A stretch of 64,000 nt of DNA from Promethearchaeota archaeon (lineage in GTDB: Archaea > Asgardarchaeota > Lokiarchaeia > Sigyniarchaeales > SOKP01). This document shows, piece after piece, positions 18,613-28,024 of the stretch; positions within the stretch are counted from its first letter, which is position 1, and every line of letters starts with the position of its first letter. A program made the position numbers and the translations under genes. The notes beneath the pieces were generated by a model. It was not told the DNA's origin and searched no databases. It saw nothing but the letters and a program-made list of their open reading frames with translations. The DNA is taken from positions 256,001-320,000 of the forward strand of contig JAUVNS010000002.1 of the NCBI GenBank assembly GCA_030599585.1. The letters are read 5' to 3'.

Positions 18613-20010
18613 GTGATGCTTACGAGCGAAACTGAAAAAAAAACGGGAAGAATTGCTGCTATCTTTAGCTTTGGACAGATAGCAGACATAACTGCTTATC
18701 AATCTTTTACTCTTTTGATTTTTACCTTCTACTATTCTGTTGTGGGGATTCGATTGGAGCTGATTACTGTAGGATTCGTTATTTGGTCAGTCTGGAATAT
18801 GTTTAATGACCCAATATTAGGTTATTTTTCTGACAGAACGCACACAAAATGGGGACGTAGAAGACCATGGATTATGATTTCTTTCATACCGTTATCAATA
18901 ATTATGGTCTTTTTATTCACACCCCTATTACCTATAGGGAGTGCTAACCAAATCGGTAATTTCGCGTATTTTTTGATAATAATTATCGTTTTTGAATTGT
19001 TTTACACAATGTATAGCTTAAATGTAACCTCCTTATTTCCAGAAATTTTCTTATCAAAGAAGGAACGCACTCAAGCAAATAATATTCGCGCAGTATATAC
19101 TATTATCGGGTTAATTGTAGCGTTCATTTTGCCGGGATTAATAATTCCTGATTTCACAGATTCAGCATATTTCACGGAATTTCAAATTTTTGGTATAATC
19201 GCAGGAATAGTTATAGCTGTTGCAGTGATCATTTTTTTAAGATTTGGTCCAAGAGAAAAGAAAGAATTTCAGAAAGATTACGAGCAAGCTTTTAGTCTGT
19301 TTAATTCTGTTAAGTATTGTGTAAAAAGCAAGTCTTTTAGATGGTATATAATTGCTGAAGTAGGTAATTGGTTTGTTTATGGAATGTTACCTATAATGGT
19401 ACCATTGTATGCAAAATATGTGCTTGGTACAATAGGATTTGGGACATCATTACTATTGGGATTAACATTTATATCAGCAGCAATCTTTATGACAGTGTTA
19501 TGGAAGCCTTTAGTTCGAAAAATGGGCAACAAAAAATCTTGGATAATATCTATGTCAATTTGGGGTGCCTCACTATTACCCTTGATGTTTATATCTGATT
19601 TTATTTCGGGTCTGATAGTATTCTTTTTAATTGGAGTAGGTTTATCTGGTTCATTATATATTATCGACCTGGTCGTTGCCGATATTGTAGATGAAGACGA
19701 AGTAGCAACAGGAATGCGAAGAGAGGCTGGCTATTATGGAGTAAATGCTTTATTTTTGAGATTTTCAAATGTATTAGTGATATTGGCTGTAGGTACAGTG
19801 TTGTCTACAGTAGGATGGGCGACATTTGAACCAGCAAGTGTAACCCCTGACGTACTATTTGGATTACGATCGCTTATGTTTATATTTCCGGGCATAGCCT
19901 TAGTAATATCAATCATTGCAATGACTCAATACCCACTTCACGGCGAAAATTTAAAAAATATCCAAGAAAAAGTCAAAGAGATTCATGAACAGAAAAAAGC
20001 AAGAGCGTAA
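18613..20010 (+). CDS. MFS glycoside-pentoside-hexuronide (GPH/MelB-like) transporter
   Basis: NDPILGYFSDRTHTKWGRRRPW, ADIVDEDE..TGMRREAGYYG; about 12 hydrophobic segments. Confidence 0.9.
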   Translation: MMLTSETEKKTGRIAAIFSFGQIADITAYQSFTLLIFTFYYSVVGIRLELITVGFVIWSVWNMFNDPILGYFSDRTHTKWGRRRPWIMISFIPLSIIMVFLFTPLLPIGSANQIGNFAYFLIIIIVFELFYTMYSLNVTSLFPEIFLSKKERTQANNIRAVYTIIGLIVAFILPGLIIPDFTDSAYFTEFQIFGIIAGIVIAVAVIIFLRFGPREKKEFQKDYEQAFSLFNSVKYCVKSKSFRWYIIAEVGNWFVYGMLPIMVPLYAKYVLGTIGFGTSLLLGLTFISAAIFMTVLWKPLVRKMGNKKSWIISMSIWGASLLPLMFISDFISGLIVFFLIGVGLSGSLYIIDLVVADIVDEDEVATGMRREAGYYGVNALFLRFSNVLVILAVGTVLSTVGWATFEPASVTPDVLFGLRSLMFIFPGIALVISIIAMTQYPLHGENLKNIQEKVKEIHEQKKARA

Positions 20011-20156
20011 TAATCCTATTTAATTAATATATTTCCTTTTTTTTCTAATTGATTTTCAATTTTAATTAACGATCTAATCATTTCAATTAGTTTAATTAAA
20101 GTTTAAGAATAGGTAGGGAAAGATTAGATAAGAAAAATAAAAGGATAATAAAAAAG

Positions 20157-21062
20157 TTAAAATTCGTAGCCACACTTCTTGCAGACATGTTTCTTAGCGT
20201 ACATTGGAATATGGCCCACGTACGATAAGACTTTTGTTTTATCTTCGATCTGCTTGATATTATGTCCAACGGCTCCACACATTGGGCATGTAGTTCGCTC
20301 TTCAGTAGCAAAACCGCCTGAACCTAACTCAGGAGGCTTTAATTCGCCTAATTCAGTTTCAACCTCCTCTAAGCGAGCTGTTTGTGCATCTACTAATTTT
20401 TCTTTGCTATCTATATTATCAGTTAACTCTTGAATTTTTGTGTCTTTTTGGAGTAAAATGTTGTTTAATTCCATCAATTGGCTATTTAGATTAGTATTCT
20501 CATCTTGAGTAGCCGAAACTTTATTATTTAATTCTTGAATTTCAGCGGTTAATTTGTCCGTTTGTTCTTTGCTATTAGAAGTAGTACCTTCCAAATCAGC
20601 TACTTTAGTTTCGAAACCTTGTATTTTAGATTTAGATGCTTCAAGTTCAGTTGAAAGTTCTGAGATAGTAACACCAAGTTCCTCTTTTCTGCTTTCTAAA
20701 GTACTTTCGAGCTCAGTTACCTTTGCGTTTGTACTATCAAGATTGCCTTTAAGCTCTTCGATTTCAGCGCTTAATGCCGCATTAGATTGAGTAGTTTCTT
20801 CAATTAGAGTAGTAGTTTGCTCCAATTTAGGTTTAATATCGCCTAGTTCAGCTTTAGCACTCCCTAATTCTTTCATTGTAGTTTCGAGACTATCGCCAGT
20901 AGTTTTAAGGCTATTTTGAGTTCTCGTTAACTCATTTCTTGTGTCTGTTAATTGCTTCTCTAAATCGTTTACCTTAGCTCTTAAATCTAATAGGAATCGC
21001 CCCTCTATCTTTTGGGACTTATCCGGGTTCTCTTCGGCTTTTGTCCAATCAACACTCATCAT
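20157..21062 (-). CDS. long coiled-coil protein with C-terminal Zn ribbon
   Basis: About 215 aa of continuous heptads, then CPMCG...CKKCGYEF. Confidence 0.85.
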   Translation of the reverse strand: MMSVDWTKAEENPDKSQKIEGRFLLDLRAKVNDLEKQLTDTRNELTRTQNSLKTTGDSLETTMKELGSAKAELGDIKPKLEQTTTLIEETTQSNAALSAEIEELKGNLDSTNAKVTELESTLESRKEELGVTISELSTELEASKSKIQGFETKVADLEGTTSNSKEQTDKLTAEIQELNNKVSATQDENTNLNSQLMELNNILLQKDTKIQELTDNIDSKEKLVDAQTARLEEVETELGELKPPELGSGGFATEERTTCPMCGAVGHNIKQIEDKTKVLSYVGHIPMYAKKHVCKKCGYEF

Positions 21063-21226
21063 TAATCATTTTTAATTTTTTATTCTATTTAATATCATAT
21101 AATGGATTTGTTTTAAAAATCTATTTTATAATAAATTAGATTTTAGTATAACAATTGTGTAAAATTTATTTATCTTACGGTTGTTATAATATAATAATAG
21201 GGATTATTCAGATATTGTGAAATAAT

Positions 21227-22093
21227 GTGGAAGGAGAAGAAGAATCTCAATTTGATATGGAAGTAATATCAACTTCTGGCGTTTACAAAACTCCATTTTC
21301 TTTGATAATTTTAATTCAGTTATTCATTGGGGGATTAGTTTTATTTGTGGTGAATTTATGGTTCATTAATAGTTTATATTATCTTTTAACTGGTACTGAG
21401 TTTTATTCGTTTGGATTAAAAGCGGAATGGTATTATTGGTTATTGCTTCCACTAAATATCTATGGTAATATTTTTCTGTTTGTGTTTATAATTATCTTCT
21501 TTTCCGGAGGAATTTTTCGAATTTTGAATAAAATTTCACCTCCTCAAGAGGGTATCTTCGAGAGGGGGAGTAAAGATTGGAAATATATGCATAGAAGGTT
21601 TTGGACTGCTTTTTTTCCTATTTGGTTAGCTCGGGCAATGCCATTACCTTGGCTCGATATTATCGCTTACAGATCATTTGGAACTAAAGTTGGAAAAAGC
21701 GTTGTCTTATATGAAGGATACATAGACCCTTTATTTGTAGAAATCGATGATTTTACAATGACTTCACTAAACATATGCATTTTCTCACATTTAATATATC
21801 AAGACAGACTTCTTATCAAAAGAGTTAAAATTGGAAAAGCGTGTGTAGTAGGGCCTCACACAATTATATCACCAGGCACAACCATGGAAGATTTTGCTGT
21901 TTTGGGTGTAAACAGTTACACAGAGATCAATCAGAGATTAAAAGGAAATCTAATTCACGTAGGAACTCCCGTAAGTATAACGTTACCAATTCAATCTGTA
22001 GAAGAATCTCAACAAAAAGCAGCGAAAGTTAAGGATTCTACAAGCTCTAATGTTAACCAAAAAAAACCAGATTCAAATTTACAAGAGGATTAA
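21227..22093 (+). CDS. membrane protein with left-handed beta-helix (acyltransferase-like) domain
   Basis: Two N-terminal TM segments; FGTKVGKSV and VKIGKACVVG hexapeptide repeats. Confidence 0.75.
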   Translation: MEGEEESQFDMEVISTSGVYKTPFSLIILIQLFIGGLVLFVVNLWFINSLYYLLTGTEFYSFGLKAEWYYWLLLPLNIYGNIFLFVFIIIFFSGGIFRILNKISPPQEGIFERGSKDWKYMHRRFWTAFFPIWLARAMPLPWLDIIAYRSFGTKVGKSVVLYEGYIDPLFVEIDDFTMTSLNICIFSHLIYQDRLLIKRVKIGKACVVGPHTIISPGTTMEDFAVLGVNSYTEINQRLKGNLIHVGTPVSITLPIQSVEESQQKAAKVKDSTSSNVNQKKPDSNLQED

Positions 22094-22096
22094 AAA

Positions 22097-22837
22097 ATGT
22101 TTCAACCCGTCAGCTTGAAAGGAGATTCTCCAACACCTATCGACGAGAGAATTAGAAAAAAGTTTCTTGTCTTGTATATTTTGATAATTATTCTAAGTCT
22201 AATTCCAATTTCGCTTTTCGAATATTGGTATATTACTTTATTCTGGAACGAGACATATTTCTGGGTTTTTTTTATTGTATTACCCTTCAATATCTTCCTT
22301 TCAATTTATTTAATCCAACTCAGTGCAATACTGATCTCAGTATTATTTTTGAAAATAATTAACCTTATACACAATCCAAAAGAAGGAATTTTTAAGCGTT
22401 CAATAGAAGATCGAGATTATTATTTTTGGACCGTCCGAAATATCGTTAAAAAATGGCCGCTTTATGTAGCATCGTCAAATCCTTTTCCTTGGCTTAAAAA
22501 TCGGTTTACGCTAAGATTTTTTGGTGTAAAGATTGGAAAAAAAGTAATTTGTGATAATAGTTGGATTTCCTCAGAATTCGTATCTATTGGGAAAAATGTT
22601 ATAATTGGGATGAACTCCACAATTTTAAGTTTTGCTATTGAGCAGGATAATTTTATATTGAAAAAAATAACAGTTGATGACAATGTGCTTATAGGAGCTA
22701 AATGTGTTCTCTTACCAGGTACGATAATTAAGCGAGATACGAAACTTTCAGCTCACTCTTATTCGAATCATAATCAAATATTAGAAGAGAATTCGATTTA
22801 TAGGGGGCATCCAGCAAAATTAAAGGAGAATAATTAA
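22097..22837 (+). CDS. membrane protein with left-handed beta-helix domain (paralog of upstream gene)
   Basis: Two TM segments; FGVKIGKK, SIGKNVIIG, VDDNVLIGAKCVLLPG, GHPAK. Confidence 0.8.
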   Translation: MFQPVSLKGDSPTPIDERIRKKFLVLYILIIILSLIPISLFEYWYITLFWNETYFWVFFIVLPFNIFLSIYLIQLSAILISVLFLKIINLIHNPKEGIFKRSIEDRDYYFWTVRNIVKKWPLYVASSNPFPWLKNRFTLRFFGVKIGKKVICDNSWISSEFVSIGKNVIIGMNSTILSFAIEQDNFILKKITVDDNVLIGAKCVLLPGTIIKRDTKLSAHSYSNHNQILEENSIYRGHPAKLKENN

Positions 22838-22838
22838 G

Positions 22839-24434
22839 ATGATTTCCGAAAAAAGCGTTAAGATCAACTCTCAGGAAAAAATTAAGTCAAAAAAACGAAT
22901 AGTGATCATTTCTGATACTCACATTACTCGTTCTGGGGGAGCATTTAACCTCCACGCTTTCAATGTTGGAATTGAAAAAGTAAATAAGATAAAGAACGCA
23001 TCGCTATATTTGAACTTGGGAGATATTACTCAGATGGGAACATTATTGGATTATGAGTATGCGTTAGAGCAATTTAAAAAGTTTGATCCAGTGACTAAAG
23101 CTCCTATTATGGTGTTGATTGGAAATCACGATGCTTTGAATGTGGGCTATTTATTATTTGAAGAAATGATAGGTAGAAGGCATTACGCTTATGAAGACGA
23201 CGATATTTATATTCTTGGTATAGATAGTACTAAACCTGATTTACCTGGAGGAATAATACATCATAGCGTAATTAATGATGTACGAACTGAGTTAGAGAAA
23301 CCTGAAAGAGAGAATAAATTCAAAATTGTTTGTTTTCATCATCAGCTTATTCCCATACCTAATACAGGAAAAGAACGATCCGCTATAGATGATTCTGGAG
23401 ATATGCTCAAAATGCTTTTAGAAGCAAAAGCAGATTTAGTTTTAAATGGTCATAGGCATACTTCAAATTTGTATACCGTGAGTAGTAGTGAAAAAGACTT
23501 ATTTATTTTTAACGCAGGGACTTTTTGCTGTAACAAGACAAGATATAGAGAACTTTTTACTTACTCTGTTATTGATATAGAGGGTAACGATCTTAGTTTT
23601 AAAGTGATCCCCGTTTTTGATCCGGAATCTAAACATGAAATCTTACGAGAAGTTAATTATTACATTCCTTTACAAATAGAAAAAGATCAAAAACCTATAG
23701 CTCGATTCATACAGCTGTCAAATTCGTTAGTTTCTGAGCAGAATAAGGGTTATATTTCTAATTTTGAGAAAGCTATCAATAGTATTAATAAGATAAATGA
23801 CATCGATTTGGTCGTACACGCCGGAAATCTTACTAAAAATGGTTATAAAGAAGAATTTAAAGCAGCGAAAGATACTCTTGGGCTGTTAAAACATCCTTAT
23901 ATAGCCGTTCCGGGATTTACAGATTCAAAACCTCATGCATGGGAGTATTGGAGGCAGCATTTTGGTGATTTTAATCCGCTTTACGAGAATGAGAAAATAT
24001 ATTTTCAGGGCATGAACTCCACAACTCTAGATTCTAAAGAAGGATTTATTGGGAGAAAGAAGTTAAATAACTTCATAGATAAAGTGTTATCACTTAGTCA
24101 TCAGAAAATTTTTGGTGTGTGTTGCTTTCATCCCTTAATACCGGCTCCTTTGAGCGTATGGAGGACTGAGCTCATCGATTCTGGAGATGTATTATCCCAA
24201 TTTGCTCGATCTCAAATAGATTTAGTATTGAATTCTTCCCCGAGTATTTCTTTTAACGTTAAAATTGAAAATACGGTATTTTCCAACGGGGGGAATCTCA
24301 TAGGGAAATATTTTGACGAAGTATTTGTCGAAATCGAAATCTACAGGAAAGGGCTTGTAGTATTAAAAGAACACAATTTGAGCACTGGTGAAGCAAAAGT
24401 TATTGGTAATTATTACTTAACAATTTTAATTTAA
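22839..24434 (+). CDS. tandem calcineurin-like metallophosphoesterase (CpdA-like; second domain degenerate)
   Basis: Domain 1: SDTH, GDIT, GNHD, HH, GHRH. Domain 2: SNSL, GNLT, GFTD, NSSP. Confidence 0.85.
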   Translation: MISEKSVKINSQEKIKSKKRIVIISDTHITRSGGAFNLHAFNVGIEKVNKIKNASLYLNLGDITQMGTLLDYEYALEQFKKFDPVTKAPIMVLIGNHDALNVGYLLFEEMIGRRHYAYEDDDIYILGIDSTKPDLPGGIIHHSVINDVRTELEKPERENKFKIVCFHHQLIPIPNTGKERSAIDDSGDMLKMLLEAKADLVLNGHRHTSNLYTVSSSEKDLFIFNAGTFCCNKTRYRELFTYSVIDIEGNDLSFKVIPVFDPESKHEILREVNYYIPLQIEKDQKPIARFIQLSNSLVSEQNKGYISNFEKAINSINKINDIDLVVHAGNLTKNGYKEEFKAAKDTLGLLKHPYIAVPGFTDSKPHAWEYWRQHFGDFNPLYENEKIYFQGMNSTTLDSKEGFIGRKKLNNFIDKVLSLSHQKIFGVCCFHPLIPAPLSVWRTELIDSGDVLSQFARSQIDLVLNSSPSISFNVKIENTVFSNGGNLIGKYFDEVFVEIEIYRKGLVVLKEHNLSTGEAKVIGNYYLTILI

Positions 24435-24450
24435 GAAAAAACTGAATATT

Positions 24451-25671
24451 ATGGATCAAAACTTTCTTTTACCTCAATATAACCTAATTTTAATTAGGTA
24501 CGCTGAAATATGGTTAAAATCGCAAAAAATTAAAATTCGTATGCTGAAATACTTAATGGGTAACATAAAAAACATCCTTAAACGAAAGGGAATACCCTTT
24601 AACAAGTATCAAATGAGTAAGGATTCATCGAGAGTTTTTTTCTTTTTTAATAATAAAGACCTTCCTTCTGCTATTAATGTAATAAAAAACGCGTTTGGTG
24701 TACATTCCTTAAGTCCAGCAATTAGGACATCAGACAAGCTTAAAAATATTACTGAAAGAACAATTGAGGTTGCGAAAGATATTCTTGATCGGAAAGATAC
24801 ATTTGCGCTCAGGGTTAAAAGGTCTGGAAAACATGATTATACCTCAATGGAAGTGGCTCAAATTGTGGGTAAAGCGGTTATTGATAATTTTCCGAACTAT
24901 GAATTGAAAGTAAATCTTACCAAACCAAAAAAAAAAATTTTTATCGAAATAAGGGGGGAATTCACCTACATTTTCTCTCAGATTATCAGAAGTAAATGGG
25001 GTGGTTTACCTATAGAACCTCAGAAAAAAATATTGGTAATGGACATAGGTAGGTTAAACGATTTAATTTCAGGCTTTCTATTAATGAGAAGAGGTTCTGA
25101 AATTTACCCTATATTAATTGATCTCACTGAGGATGAATCCGATATCGAAGATAGGATTTCAAACTGGAAAGAAATTGGTGAATATATCCCAAAAAATAAT
25201 ATTCGATTAGCCAAATTTAGAATATACGACGTTCTAAAGAAAGTTTATTCTGAGTTGGATGAAAAACAATATTTCTGCGGTATGTGTAGATTAATTAGAT
25301 TTGATTTAATGTCTAAAATCCTTATAAATCCTAAATTTCAATTTTATGAAAAAATTAAAGCAGTCACCGATGGTATCAGCTTAAATAATTCGGATTACTG
25401 TCCTGATTCCATTGATTTAGAGACTTTAGCTATCAATACTCTTAACTTAAGCCATCCCGTATTTACACCTCTCATTGGTATTGGAGAAAATAGGATTCAA
25501 GATTTATCGAAGAAAATCTCTAAAATCCTTAAAAAAGTTAATTACTGCCCTTTCAAACCAGTAAATCAAGTATTCGATGCTGAAAAATTGAAAGAATTAT
25601 ATACCAGTTTGAATATTGATAATGACCTTCTGTTTATAGTGGAAAGTGGATTAGAGATTAATTTATTCTGA
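24451..25671 (+). CDS. ThiI-like THUMP-domain protein with degenerate PP-loop
   Basis: IRYAEIWLKS, TFALRVKRSGKH, VNLTKP, GGLP; the SGGxDS motif is replaced by DIGRLND. Confidence 0.8.
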   Translation: MDQNFLLPQYNLILIRYAEIWLKSQKIKIRMLKYLMGNIKNILKRKGIPFNKYQMSKDSSRVFFFFNNKDLPSAINVIKNAFGVHSLSPAIRTSDKLKNITERTIEVAKDILDRKDTFALRVKRSGKHDYTSMEVAQIVGKAVIDNFPNYELKVNLTKPKKKIFIEIRGEFTYIFSQIIRSKWGGLPIEPQKKILVMDIGRLNDLISGFLLMRRGSEIYPILIDLTEDESDIEDRISNWKEIGEYIPKNNIRLAKFRIYDVLKKVYSELDEKQYFCGMCRLIRFDLMSKILINPKFQFYEKIKAVTDGISLNNSDYCPDSIDLETLAINTLNLSHPVFTPLIGIGENRIQDLSKKISKILKKVNYCPFKPVNQVFDAEKLKELYTSLNIDNDLLFIVESGLEINLF

Positions 25672-25797
25672 TAACACAAACATATTCAATTAAGTCATTA
25701 AGCTTAAAAATTAGTCTAATTTATTTAAATTGAACTAAACTTGGAATAGATTTTAGTAAGATCTTATAATTTTCTAATTGAAACGAGCTGTAATGTT

Positions 25798-26079
25798 ATG
25801 GTTAAAGTTGATTTGAACTTATTAAACATTTTTGTTTTGAGAGTAAAAAAAAATAAGATAGTATACGAAGGAGATACTGTAGGCGATATTATCTCCCAAT
25901 TTCTCAAGGAATATAAAGATTTATTAGACGATAGTATTTTATCCAAAAACAAGAAGAAGTTAAACCCACAGATGGTCATTTTACTCAACGGTAGGAACAT
26001 TTCTTACATGAAAAATTATAAAACGAAATTAAATGAGGAAGACCAGCTTTATATATCTTTTCCTATCTCGGGAGGTTAA
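25798..26079 (+). CDS. MoaD/SAMP/Urm1-type ubiquitin-like sulfur carrier
   Basis: ILLNGRNI..TKLNEED..PISGG with C-terminal di-glycine. Confidence 0.88.
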   Translation: MVKVDLNLLNIFVLRVKKNKIVYEGDTVGDIISQFLKEYKDLLDDSILSKNKKKLNPQMVILLNGRNISYMKNYKTKLNEEDQLYISFPISGG

Positions 26080-26242
26080 TCTTTTTTTAACTTTTAAGAA
26101 CTAACTTCAATTTCAGTATCGATTTTTCGTCGAAAAGTAAGGATTTATTAATTCCTTCTGCTATAAATAATTTGTATAGTTATTTCCGACATTTTCAAAA
26201 AGAAAGTTTTGGGAGCTAAGTAGTAAAATCTGGTGATATATA

Positions 26243-27175
26243 ATTAAGAAGATCGCTTTTATGGGGCTTGATTTTGCGGGTAAAACGAGTATAATTACAG
26301 CTATATCTAAAAAATTCGGTTTTGAAGAGGATATATTTAAATTAATGCCGACACGTAAAATAGCTAGAGATGCATTTAAATTTTTAGGTATAGAGTTTAT
26401 TCGGATGGACTTCGGGGGTCAGTTGCAATATCGCGAGGAATATTTGAAAAATCCAACAAAATATATTAGCGGAACAGATTTACTTTTCTATGTTATTGAT
26501 GCACAGGATTACGACCGCTACGTTGAAACTATCGATTATCTTGATAAGATTTTACTTTTTTTAAAGGAAAATCAGGAATATCCCCCCTTATGTATCCTTT
26601 TTCACAAGTTCGATCCTCAACTCACAAAAGAGAAAGTTATAAACCAGAGAGTATTGACGATTAAGCACGCATTAATCAGATATAGTAATGATTTTGACAT
26701 ATTTTTCTTTGAAACTTCGATTTACGATATCAAATCAATCATGGACGCGTTCTCTTCAGGTTTATCTTTACTATTTGAAAAAATGGAAATGGTATCTCGT
26801 TTATTTTCTAGAATTAGTAAGAATTATAATTCTATCATGATAGCGTTGTTTGATGCTAAGGGTATAACAATTGGAGAATATTACCGTCCACATCTACATT
26901 TAACAGAAAAAATCAGGATCTACGATAAATATTTAGAAGTTCAAAAAAAAATAATCGCAGAGAATAGGACTTTACTTGAGTTCTCAGATAAATTTGAAGA
27001 TGGCAGTCGCTATTCTGGGTTAGTGGAAATTTTAAAGTTTGGGAATTTGGATTTTTATTTGTTATTTATTATTGAAGAGGATGAGGAAGACTTAGAGAAA
27101 ACTGTAGAAGTTTTAAACAAGCTGGAATCTGCTAAGGCTCAAATGGAAACTTTGATTCTTCAATTAATACAATAA
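26243..27175 (+). CDS. Arf/Rag(Gtr)-like small GTPase fused to a C-terminal roadblock/longin-like domain (proposed ATT start)
   Basis: KKIAFMGLDFAGKTS, PT, DFGGQ, HKFD, ETSI; C-terminal IALFDAKGITIGEY; GGTGA at 26232-26236. Confidence 0.85.
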   Translation: MKKIAFMGLDFAGKTSIITAISKKFGFEEDIFKLMPTRKIARDAFKFLGIEFIRMDFGGQLQYREEYLKNPTKYISGTDLLFYVIDAQDYDRYVETIDYLDKILLFLKENQEYPPLCILFHKFDPQLTKEKVINQRVLTIKHALIRYSNDFDIFFFETSIYDIKSIMDAFSSGLSLLFEKMEMVSRLFSRISKNYNSIMIALFDAKGITIGEYYRPHLHLTEKIRIYDKYLEVQKKIIAENRTLLEFSDKFEDGSRYSGLVEILKFGNLDFYLLFIIEEDEEDLEKTVEVLNKLESAKAQMETLILQLIQ

Positions 27176-27334
27176 CATTAACAATTGCTATTTTATTCCT
27201 TTAACAACTATTTTCTCTAAGATATTCTTGTTTAAATCATCAAGAGTATAATAGATATCTCTGTAAATATCACCTAGAACAATGATATAAGACGGCAATG
27301 TATCTTTTTTGTAATTAATATCGTGCTATAATAA

Positions 27335-27438
27335 CGCAGACGGAGGGATTCGAACCCCCGAGCGCTCACGCGCACCGGCTTTAATGGTAATTATTCTTAC
27401 TTTCGAAGCCGGCGTCTTACCAGCTAGGCTACATCTGC
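27335..27438 (-). tRNA. tRNA-Ser(CGA) with 21-nt intron at 37/38 (27381-27401)
   Basis: Acceptor GCAGATG/CGTCTGC plus G73; anticodon stem CCGGC/GCCGG with TT-CGA-A; long variable arm GCGC-GTGA-GCGC; GGTTCGAATCC T arm; CCA not encoded. Confidence 0.92.
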
Positions 27439-27572
27439 TTTAAAAAATGAATCTTAATTGGATTAGTTCAGAGAGATATAAATTTTTTTCTAATATATTA
27501 TACCTTGGAAAATTGAAAATATAACGAGTAGTTTAGAGGTTTTTAAAGTGGGACAATCTAAATCTAATAAAT

Positions 27573-27872
27573 TTAAGAATTTGGAATGTATATTTTCAAA
27601 TTTAGATTAGGATTTAATAATTTTATTAATCCTTCTTCTTCATATTGCTTTAATAACACATTTACGGTCGAAATTCTTAAATCATACTTAAGAGCTATGT
27701 CAGAAGCCAATATTGATTTTCTTTTAGGAAGGGATTCTCTAATTTCTTTTTCTATAGATTTGGGAATAAAAGCATCGCGTTCTACGATAGTTATTTGCTT
27801 TGTTCTTCCATACTTTCTTCTTAAATTAAGAGTTGCCTTTCGTACTAGTAACTTTTCTTCCTTTTCGGACAC
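27573..27872 (-). CDS. rps25e: ribosomal protein eS25-like
   Basis: Basic N-terminus plus winged helix ILASDIALKYDLRISTVNVLLKQYEEEGLIK..KIY; second GTG taken as start. Confidence 0.7.
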   Translation of the reverse strand: MSEKEEKLLVRKATLNLRRKYGRTKQITIVERDAFIPKSIEKEIRESLPKRKSILASDIALKYDLRISTVNVLLKQYEEEGLIKLLNPNLNLKIYIPNS

Positions 27873-28024
27873 TATTATCACTATATATAAAAATTAAAAT
27901 GTCAATAATTAAAGCTAATTGTTTTTTAAAATACTTAAAATCTAATAAAATTTTTGATTTAATAACCATTTTAAGAAATCTCTATTATTCTACATAAAAA
28001 AGCAATAATGAAGGCAAAGTCATT

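Noticed and set aside
27190-27300. Short minus-strand ORF (LPSYIIVLGDIY...) or integration scar downstream of tRNA-Ser
   Set aside because: About 36 codons with no recognisable motif; no duplicated tRNA 3' end or integrase seen in the window.
27335-27438. Possible tRNA-Sec (long variable arm, selenoproteins in the window)
   Set aside because: Anticodon is CGA, with a standard 7-bp acceptor and 5-bp T stem; it is tRNA-Ser.
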